Notes: generated from the letters alone by a model not told the origin. DNA of 12,465 nt from an uncultured Deinococcales bacterium (GCA_964244895.1 CAXTKV010000161.1:1-12465); one strand, 5' to 3'; shown: positions 1 to 6,421, numbered from the stretch's first letter. Translations and numbers: made by a program.

Positions 1-21
1 GAGGATCGGATGCCGGTGTGA
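1..21 (+). CDS. Possible 3' end of an upstream gene (tnsC/tniB expected from context; only 6 codons visible, EDRMPV*)
   Basis: Frame 1 is open from base 1 to TGA at 19-21. That stop overlaps the tniQ GTG start as GTGA, the same 4-nt coupling used by the next two junctions. Identity is inferred from position only. Confidence 0.35.
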   Translation, partial: EDRMPV

Positions 22-977
22 AAGCCGTTAGCCACACTTCGCTTGACACGCCCGAGCTGTTTGAGTCATGGATCATGCGGCTGGGTCAAGCAAACATGAT
101 TCCAACGCCTCGGCTGGTCGAAGTATTGCAGCTTCGTCACGCGTTGTCGTCCTCGAATCATGTTTCTGCAGACGCTTTCCAACTACTCTCGAGTGTGACA
201 GGCGTATCGGATGTCCGAATCCGCGAGTCTCACCTGACGACTTTCAGTCGATACACGGAGTCCGTTTACAATGTCAAGTATGTCATTCCCGCCCGTACCC
301 AAGCTAAGTATTCAATTCCTTTTAAACCTTGCCCTCGCTGTCTAAACGAGTCAGATCGACCATATATTCGTCTGCATTGGGCGCTGGATCTCAGCTGCTT
401 TTGCGCCGTTCATCATTCGGTCCTGCTGGCCCGGTGTGTCAAATGCGGCAGTTTCTTTTCTCTCAAAGTGACCGAACCTGAGATTCCAATCCACCAATGC
501 CGCAAGTGTGGGTTCGATCTGCGCAACATCACCCCACGCGCTACGCCAGGGTTCGCAGAAGCCATCACTTTCCAAACGCGCCTCCTCGAGATGAAGCGAG
601 ACGCTGTCGTCAATTGGCCTGGAATTCGCTTGAAGGAACCCGCTGCGTTCGCTCAGATCGTTCAACGCCTCTTCCGAGCGCTTTGTGACACTCCGAGCCA
701 TCACGCACTCAGCGAGTTTACAGAGGAGTCATTCCGCTCGAACGTCCATCTGTTGGACGACCGATTCTCCTTTGAAATCAGAAGAACCAATGCGCTTTCC
801 ATGACAGCTTGGTTCCTGAGTAAACCAAGCTCGCATTGGGCAGCGCTCGGCCCACATCTCAGGCGGAATCTTCCATTGGAAGTGAGCGACAGGATCGCGG
901 TGGCCATGTGGCACGCTTTCAACGCTGCAGCAGCTTCAGTCGGTGTGCTCGAGCGGTCGAACGCGCTGACCTCGTGA
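18..977 (+). CDS. tniQ: TniQ family target-selector protein (319 aa)
   Basis: N-terminal PELFESWIMRLGQAN matches the TniQ E-x-x-SW-x-x-RL-x-x-x-N pattern. The Zn-finger cluster CPRCL...PYIRLHW...CAVH...LLARCVKCG...CRKCGFDL is characteristic of TniQ/TnsD. The length fits TniQ rather than a long TnsD. Confidence 0.9.
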   Translation: MKAVSHTSLDTPELFESWIMRLGQANMIPTPRLVEVLQLRHALSSSNHVSADAFQLLSSVTGVSDVRIRESHLTTFSRYTESVYNVKYVIPARTQAKYSIPFKPCPRCLNESDRPYIRLHWALDLSCFCAVHHSVLLARCVKCGSFFSLKVTEPEIPIHQCRKCGFDLRNITPRATPGFAEAITFQTRLLEMKRDAVVNWPGIRLKEPAAFAQIVQRLFRALCDTPSHHALSEFTEESFRSNVHLLDDRFSFEIRRTNALSMTAWFLSKPSSHWAALGPHLRRNLPLEVSDRIAVAMWHAFNAAAASVGVLERSNALTS

Positions 978-3688
978 AGCAGTTCGGACTCGAAGTTTGG
1001 GGCGATTTTGCGTGTTTCTCTCGGCCCGAATTGAAAGTCGAGCGTTACACATATCCGGTCATCACGCCGAGCGCCGCTCGCGCCATCTTCGACGCGATTT
1101 ACCTCAACTTTGATGGCGGTACGCCAAATCGCCCCACCTTTCGCTGGCAGGTAAGACGCATCGAGGTGGTCGAACCCGTGCACTACATTGCGCTGTCCCA
1201 GAACGAGGTCAAAGGGAAAATCCACACTGACAAAGTAGCGCTGTGGATGACGCACTCGGAGCAAATCGAACCTTTGATCGCCGACGCACGAGGCAAAGGA
1301 ACGGAAGAGTACGGTCGGACCCAGCGCCAAACGATTGGCCTGCGACGGGTGCGCTACCGGTTGTTCGCCGAGGCGGTGCTGTACGAGGAGAATCACACCC
1401 TGAGGCAGCTCATCGAAAAGATCTTCGCGCGACGCGCCCGCGCCGGCCAGTGCTACCACCAGCCGTGCCTCGGGCAACGCGAGTTCGGAGCGTACTTCGA
1501 GCTGGTCGAGACGCAAAGTGGACGCTGCGCCGCCGTCAACGAGGACATCGGCTGGATGGTCTACGACGTGTTCGACCTGTCCCGACCGGGTTCGAGTTCG
1601 GACCCGTGGAGTATCAGCACATTTCGCGCCCACGTCCGGGATGGCGTACTCGAGGTTCCACCGTACTCAAGCGAGGACGTCCACAAGTCAGGTTTGGCGC
1701 AATCGTTGCGCGAGCGTGGAAGTCCCCAAGTCGGGTCTGGCGCAACTGGGATGTTCGAAGCGCTCGTCGAGTACGCTCGGCGTACGGGGCTGGCGACCGA
1801 ACCGGGGTTCAGCGAGAAGGTCGTCCGCTGGATAGCGAACGTGAATCTTGATGGGGTGATCACGTCGGTCGCCCCTGCTGATCCCCTCAAAGGCCGTGCG
1901 GTCGTGTTCGCGTGCTGCCCAGATTTGCAACTCCCCGCGATCAAGGCGCTACCGGCGGCGCTCGGGAGGATGGAAAATGGGATCGCCGTTAAGCAAGGTG
2001 CGCACTTCCTCGCGGACACGTGCAGCACGGTTGGTCTGTTCCCGAACGGGTTGGACAGCAATCACAAAATCCTCGACAAGCACCGAGTTTTCACCCATCT
2101 AATCGAGCGGGCGAGTTGGATCATTCCCGAACTTCGACCAATTCATAGCGCACTGTCTGAGGCGAGTTTCCTCGTTCAGATACACGCCATGTTAATCGGG
2201 TGCGGGGCGAAACCAACGGATCGCCTGTCGTTCTCAGTCGATGGAGTTCCGGTGCCCGACATGAACGTCTGGCATTCTTGGTGGCGGGCATTCCGTGAAG
2301 AGGCATCCCCACGCAAACTGGAACGCAACATGGTGTGCCTCGCCACGGGAGAACGCGTCGTTCCAGCGAGAACGCATCCAAGACTCACCTCGCTGGGCGT
2401 GGGCGCTTCGAGTGTTGGAGCCAGCCTGATCGCCTCTGGCAAAGAAGCGTTCAGCTCGTCGAGCTTCCGTCAGGGTGAAAACAGCGCGCTCTCGGAGGAC
2501 GCCGCTTCGGCCTACACATCCGCGCTCGATCACCTGTTGCGCAGAGCGCCCGTCATCGACGGAACAAAAGTTGTTCACTGGTACAGCACCGATACGTCGA
2601 CGAGCCTCGATCCGCTCGCGCTGCTGTTTCAGCCCAGCGAAGTGCGCGAACTCGAAAATTTTTCATCTCGAACGTCCCTCACCAGCAGCGAAATTCGCGC
2701 GTTCGCCGACTGGCCCGGTTTACCCAATGCGCAATACCACGTCATGGTCGTGCGAGGCGCGAAGGCGCGCGCCCGCGTCAGGTTTTTTGCCTCTGGCACA
2801 CAGGAGCAGGCGGTGGCGGCGGTGAGCGCATGGTTCGCTGATTTAGAGGTCTGCACCATCTCTGGCGACGGCTCAACGAGCGCAACGCCCGCCAAACTCT
2901 TGGCGTCCATCAAGAAACCCATTGACAACGACAACGCGGAGGGGAACCGGAACAAGACCTTGCATTCCCTGCACGTTCGGCTCTGGCAGACTGCCCTTGA
3001 CCCGGCGGTTCCGGTGCCGATCTCGGTCGCGAACGACATCTTGACAACTCTCTACCGCAGTCTGGCGAATCGAGACTTCCAGAAAGCCGTGGCGTACACG
3101 CCCGCAACGTGGAATTCCACGTTGCGAGACACGTTACACGCTTGCATGGGGGGCCTCAAGGGGTATCTCGTCCGCGCTGGCGACCACGACATCACTGTCA
3201 ATCTGAACCCAAACCACCCGAGCGCGAATTATCAATCCGGTCGCTTGGCGGCGCTTCTTCATCGGATCGAGGAAATCGCTAACTCAAACCCGAGCAGTAA
3301 CAGTCACCAGGTATTTGCAGCGTCCATCGCAGGATTGATCGAAAGGCTTGATCGGCAGACGCGAACCGTCAAACGCAGCTTGGATTGGATCGCTGCCGCA
3401 CGTCCGTGGTTGGCCTTGGCGCTCGAATCGTATCTCGAGCGCATCTGGGAAAGCCTCGGCAGTGCTGTGCCCAGAAACAACAGTCCCAAAGCTCGAAGCC
3501 TCTTCATCCTCGGGTACTACCAGCAGCTCGCGTTCAACAATTCGAAACGTACCGCCAATCCAGCAGCTGAGTTCGATCTCGAAGACGGGGACGACACGAA
3601 TGAGGAAATGGATGACCTGTTTGAAACTATCGCAGACCAATCGGGGATGTCAGTCCAAAGTGATGACAACAAGGAGAGACACGAATGA
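974..3688 (+). CDS. cas5c-cas8c: Fused type I-C Cas5c (Cas5d) - Cas8c (Csd1) protein, about 904 aa from GTG 974
   Basis: The N-terminal part has Cas5c motifs (LEVWGDFACFSRPELKVERYTYPVITPSAARAIFDAIY, GQCYHQPCLGQREF). After a G/S-rich linker, MFEALVEYARR at 1751 begins Cas8c, with MVCLATGE...ARTHP, GASLI, YQSGRLAALL and FILGYYQQ motifs. No stop lies between the two parts. GTG 974 overlaps the tniQ stop (GTGA), so it is preferred over the ORF-track start at 836. Confidence 0.9.
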   Translation: MKQFGLEVWGDFACFSRPELKVERYTYPVITPSAARAIFDAIYLNFDGGTPNRPTFRWQVRRIEVVEPVHYIALSQNEVKGKIHTDKVALWMTHSEQIEPLIADARGKGTEEYGRTQRQTIGLRRVRYRLFAEAVLYEENHTLRQLIEKIFARRARAGQCYHQPCLGQREFGAYFELVETQSGRCAAVNEDIGWMVYDVFDLSRPGSSSDPWSISTFRAHVRDGVLEVPPYSSEDVHKSGLAQSLRERGSPQVGSGATGMFEALVEYARRTGLATEPGFSEKVVRWIANVNLDGVITSVAPADPLKGRAVVFACCPDLQLPAIKALPAALGRMENGIAVKQGAHFLADTCSTVGLFPNGLDSNHKILDKHRVFTHLIERASWIIPELRPIHSALSEASFLVQIHAMLIGCGAKPTDRLSFSVDGVPVPDMNVWHSWWRAFREEASPRKLERNMVCLATGERVVPARTHPRLTSLGVGASSVGASLIASGKEAFSSSSFRQGENSALSEDAASAYTSALDHLLRRAPVIDGTKVVHWYSTDTSTSLDPLALLFQPSEVRELENFSSRTSLTSSEIRAFADWPGLPNAQYHVMVVRGAKARARVRFFASGTQEQAVAAVSAWFADLEVCTISGDGSTSATPAKLLASIKKPIDNDNAEGNRNKTLHSLHVRLWQTALDPAVPVPISVANDILTTLYRSLANRDFQKAVAYTPATWNSTLRDTLHACMGGLKGYLVRAGDHDITVNLNPNHPSANYQSGRLAALLHRIEEIANSNPSSNSHQVFAASIAGLIERLDRQTRTVKRSLDWIAAARPWLALALESYLERIWESLGSAVPRNNSPKARSLFILGYYQQLAFNNSKRTANPAAEFDLEDGDDTNEEMDDLFETIADQSGMSVQSDDNKERHE

Positions 3689-4725
3689 ATCCGATCCAGA
3701 ACCGATACGAATTTCTAATCATTTTCGACTGCGAAAATGGCAACCCAAATGGCGACCCCGACGCTGGGGATCTGCCCCGTATGGACATTGAGGACGGGCA
3801 CGGTCAAGTCTCATCTGGATCAATCAAGCGACGAATTCGCGATTACGCTCACCTGCTCGGAGAAGCCATCCTCATTCAACGCTCGAGCAACATCAACAAA
3901 TCGATTTTTGAGGCTCGCGAGCAAACCGGCGATCCAAACGCCACTCCCACCATCAAACGTACGCAGGACGCCACCGCCTGGCTCTGCGAGAAGTTTTTCG
4001 ATGTGAGAACCTTCGGTGCAGTGCTGAGCACCGGCGCGAACGCGGGTCAAGTCACCGGCTCCGTGCAAATCAACTGGGCCAGAAGCATCGATCCCGTCCA
4101 CGTGATAGAAGCCACCATCACCCGAGTCGCTGTCACGGACAAGGCCGATGGAGCCAATTCCGTCGCGGACTTTGAAGATTGGGAGGCTGGGGAGGCCAGC
4201 GGTAGACTTCAGACGATGGGCCGCAAAAGCTTCATTCCCTACGGACTTTTTGTGGCCCCTGGCTTTGTGAGCGCGTTCCAGGCCCAGAGAACGGGCTTCT
4301 CGGAAGGCGATCTTGAGATTCTCTGCGAGGCCATCATGAATATGTTTGAACACAGCCGAACGTCGAGCAAAGGCATGATGTCAACCCGTCGGCTGATCGT
4401 ATTCAAACATTTGGGAACGAGAAAAGACCCTGAGCAGCAGGCACAGCAAGCCAAACTGGGCTGTGCACCTGCCCATAGGCTGCTCACGCTAGGACAAGTG
4501 GTCAGGATCCTTCGCCAAGATAAAACGCGACCGCCGAGAACCTACGCTGACTATACGGTGTCAGTGGATCAGAGCCAACTTCCAGTAGGCGTAGCCATGC
4601 TCGACCTCACCGTTTGGGATGCCGACGAGTTCCACAATGGATGGGTAGTGAAGCGCGAATCTCCAGTAGAGCCCGAAATCCGCAGAGGTTCGCGGAACAA
4701 GAGGACACCGTCAGGAACGAAATAA
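3685..4725 (+). CDS. cas7c: Type I-C Cascade backbone Cas7c (Csd2), 346 aa
   Basis: Motifs NRYEFLIIFDCENGNPNGDPDAGDLPRMD, IKRRIRDY, FFDVRTFGAV, TMGRKSFIPYGLF, AQRTGFSEGDL, MFEHSRTSSKG and LGCAPAHRL are typical of Csd2. There is an AAGGAG RBS and an ATGA overlap with the cas8c stop. Confidence 0.96.
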   Translation: MNPIQNRYEFLIIFDCENGNPNGDPDAGDLPRMDIEDGHGQVSSGSIKRRIRDYAHLLGEAILIQRSSNINKSIFEAREQTGDPNATPTIKRTQDATAWLCEKFFDVRTFGAVLSTGANAGQVTGSVQINWARSIDPVHVIEATITRVAVTDKADGANSVADFEDWEAGEASGRLQTMGRKSFIPYGLFVAPGFVSAFQAQRTGFSEGDLEILCEAIMNMFEHSRTSSKGMMSTRRLIVFKHLGTRKDPEQQAQQAKLGCAPAHRLLTLGQVVRILRQDKTRPPRTYADYTVSVDQSQLPVGVAMLDLTVWDADEFHNGWVVKRESPVEPEIRRGSRNKRTPSGTK

Positions 4726-4820
4726 ACTGGATTTTGACGAGTACGACGTGGCCCTTCATTAGCCAATAATTCGGAGTCCGCGTTTCAAGGTCGAAGAAAC
4801 TCGTGCTTTACACATTGGAG

Positions 4821-4826
4821 TATGAT
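4821..4826 (+). promoter_or_regulatory. Possible -10 element (TATGAT) for the CRISPR array
   Basis: TATGAT lies 4 nt before repeat 1, in the 105-bp gap between cas7 and the array. No convincing -35 was seen. Confidence 0.3.
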
Positions 4827-4830
4827 CGCT

Positions 4831-5078
4831 GTCTTCACGGCTTTATCGCCGTCGAGATGATTGAAACAACCCGCAACTCGCCGGACCGGCCATCGGTTCG
4901 ACCGCAGACCGTCTCCACGGCTTTATCGCCGTCGAGATGATTGAAACTGCTGCGAGGTCAGCAGCACCGTCCAGCCTGCGCCGAGTCTCCACGGCTTTAT
5001 CGCCATCGAGATGATTGAAACCGCAGCGAACTCGCGCTCTACCGGGGCTCCGAGCGTCTCCACGGCTTTATCGCCGTC
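4831..5078 (+). CRISPR. Mini CRISPR array: three full 37-bp repeats, one truncated terminal repeat, three spacers (43, 37, 34 bp)
   Basis: Consensus GTCTCCACGGCTTTATCGCCGTCGAGATGATTGAAAC at 4831-4867 (one change), 4911-4947 and 4985-5021 (one change), with a 23-nt partial copy at 5056-5078. The repeat has an ACGGC/GCCGT hairpin and a 3' ATTGAAAC handle. Spacers are 4868-4910, 4948-4984 and 5022-5055. Confidence 0.95.
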
Positions 5079-5249
5079 TATACGACTGGCCCCCGCTGAA
5101 ATCATCGCGCTGACGGCAGGTCTCAAAGTCTTCATAAGGTTTTGATTATCAGTCGAAAATTTACTGGGCATTTGTCGAAATTGGATCAAGATTCCAATCG
5201 TTCTGTTGGATGTATGCTCTTCTCGTTTAAAACGCTCAATCCATTGAGC

Positions 5250-5309
5250 GCCTCTACAACCCTTGGTTGTCGAGATGATTGAAACCACCGACAGATCATC
5301 GAAGGCGTG
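5250..5309 (+). CRISPR. Delocalised atypical repeat (5250-5285) plus putative homing spacer (5286 to about 5309)
   Basis: GCCTCTACAACCCTTGGTTGTCGAGATGATTGAAAC shares its last 17 nt with the array repeat and keeps the hairpin as ACAAC/GTTGT. The following CACCGACAGATCATCGAAGGCGTG matches minus-strand 5617-5594 at 17/24 positions, next to TTC. Confidence 0.85.
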
Positions 5310-5400
5310 TTTTTATGGATACCCAGATCTTGCATCTTCCAAAAAGCACAAAAGCTAAACCGCAGAATTGTTAAACGTTTCAAAACTAACCATGATTTAT

Positions 5401-5550
5401 TGCTGACGTGGCTAACGATAAAATCCTTTAGGTTCACGAATCAAATTGACGTATAGAACGGAGATGTTTACGATTCCCAAGATTACTGACGTGGCAAACG
5501 ATACTGACACGTCAAACGATCATTGCTGACATTTTAAACGAAAAGCCACA
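5401..5550. repeat. Transposon end: five TnsB-binding-site-like direct repeats and terminal ACA (5'-TGTGGCTT on the minus strand)
   Basis: The motif CTGAC-N5-AAACGA occurs at about 5403 (ctgacgtggctaacga), 5446 (ttgacgtatagaacgg, degenerate), 5486 (ctgacgtggcaaacga), 5504 (ctgacacgtcaaacga) and 5526 (ctgacattttaaacga). The last copy is about 9 bp from terminal ACA at 5550. This fits Tn7-family TGT...ACA end architecture. Confidence 0.85.
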
Positions 5551-5555
5551 CGATG
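5551..5555 (+). other. Predicted 5-bp target-site duplication (CGATG)
   Basis: These are the five bases right after the terminal ACA, and Tn7-family elements make 5-bp TSDs. The second copy cannot be seen in this window. Confidence 0.45.
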
Positions 5556-5569
5556 CCTGACTCAGCACC

Positions 5570-6421
5570 TCAACCCTTGACGCCCGTCAGAACGACACCC
5601 TCGATGATCTGCTTCTGGAAGATCACGAACACCGCCAGCACGGGAATCACGGCCAAACTGGAAGCCGCCATGATCAACTGCCATTGCGAGCCCGTCTCGC
5701 CGCTGAAACGCGCGATGCCGAGCGGCAAGGTGAACAGGTCAGCGCTGGTCGTGACGATCAACGGCCACAGGAACGCGTTGTAATTACCCAGGAACGTGAA
5801 GATCGCCAGCGCCGCCAGCGCGGGCCGCACGAGCGGCAGGCCGATCTTTGAAAACAAGCCGAATTCGGAGAGTCCATCCAGGCGCGCGGCATCGAAGAGC
5901 TCGTCCGGGATGCCCTCGAAGAAACCCCGCATCAAAAAGACGCCGAAAGCCGAAATCAATCCCGGCAGGGCGATCGCCAGATACGAATTGTTGATGCCGA
6001 GCTTGATCGCGCCGACGTACCACGGGATGACCAGCATTTCCGTGGGGATCATCAGCGTTGAGAGGATCACGACGAAAATGATTTCCTTGCCGGGGAATTT
6101 CATTTTGGCCAGCGTGTAGCCGACCAGCGAATCGAAGAACAGCACGCTGGCGGTCGTGGCCGCCGCGACCCCGATGGAGTTCAGGAACCAGCGCGGGAAT
6201 TCGGTTCTGGACAGGATTTCAACGTAGTTGCCGAGCGTCGGCACGGCCCGCGCGGGCCAGATGCCGGGTTGCAGCGCGTCCGCGTAGCTTTTCAGGCTGG
6301 TCAACAGCATCCACACGAACGGGAAGGCCGTGACGATGCTGCCCGCGATCAAGAGCGCGTAGACCCACCACGGCCCATCGCGCCGTTTTTCTCGAGGTTG
6401 CTTCATCGCACCCGCCGCCAT
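5570..6421 (-). CDS. Carbohydrate ABC transporter permease (MalG/UgpE-like), 283 aa
   Basis: Multiple TM helices, PFVWMLLTSLK, the EAA-loop variant IPDELFDAARLDGLSEF, NYNAFLWPLIV and C-terminal FQKQIIEGV. Start is 6421 or the ATG five codons later. Confidence 0.95.
   Translation of the reverse strand: MAAGAMKQPREKRRDGPWWVYALLIAGSIVTAFPFVWMLLTSLKSYADALQPGIWPARAVPTLGNYVEILSRTEFPRWFLNSIGVAAATTASVLFFDSLVGYTLAKMKFPGKEIIFVVILSTLMIPTEMLVIPWYVGAIKLGINNSYLAIALPGLISAFGVFLMRGFFEGIPDELFDAARLDGLSEFGLFSKIGLPLVRPALAALAIFTFLGNYNAFLWPLIVTTSADLFTLPLGIARFSGETGSQWQLIMAASSLAVIPVLAVFVIFQKQIIEGVVLTGVKG
5594..5620 (-). other. Putative protospacer (5617 to 5594) with 5' TTC PAM (5620-5618) inside the 3' end of the permease gene
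   Basis: The minus strand reads TTC|CAGAAGCAGATCATCGAGGGTGTC versus spacer CACCGACAGATCATCGAAGGCGTG. TTC is the established type I-C PAM and is exactly in register with spacer position 1. Confidence 0.75.

Larger units (their letters stand above)
1..5550. mobile_element. Tn7-like transposon (candidate type I-C CAST), distal part; continues off the left edge of the window
   Basis: tniQ is coupled to cas5c-cas8c-cas7c with no cas3. A mini-array and a delocalised repeat-spacer follow, then repeated TnsB-like sites ending in ...GCCACA at 5550. The sequence then switches abruptly from AT-rich end DNA to GC-rich host genes. Confidence 0.85.

Noticed and set aside
836..973. 46-aa N-terminal extension of the Cas5-Cas8 ORF in the ORF track
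   Set aside because: It overlaps tniQ and has no Cas5 character. Homology starts at GTG 974, which overlaps the tniQ stop.
18..977. Calling the TniQ protein a sequence-specific TnsD
   Set aside because: At 319 aa it lacks the long C-terminal DNA-recognition region of roughly 500-aa TnsD, and it is coupled to the cas genes.
974..5078. Ordinary defensive type I-C CRISPR-Cas system
   Set aside because: There is no cas3 in its usual place upstream of cas5 (tniQ is there instead) and no cas4/1/2 after cas7, and the locus is enclosed by a transposon end.
5056..5285. Idea that one repeat was split at GTC by a roughly 190-bp insertion (5' half at 5056-5078, 3' half at 5269-5285)
   Set aside because: The 3' half has its own complete 5' portion with a compensatory hairpin (GCCTCTACAAC...GTTGT), so it is better explained as an independent atypical repeat. 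Not fully excluded.
4923..5437. Minus-strand ORFs 4923-5288 and 5186-5437
   Set aside because: They run across CRISPR repeats, the homing guide and the transposon end, with no recognisable protein motifs.
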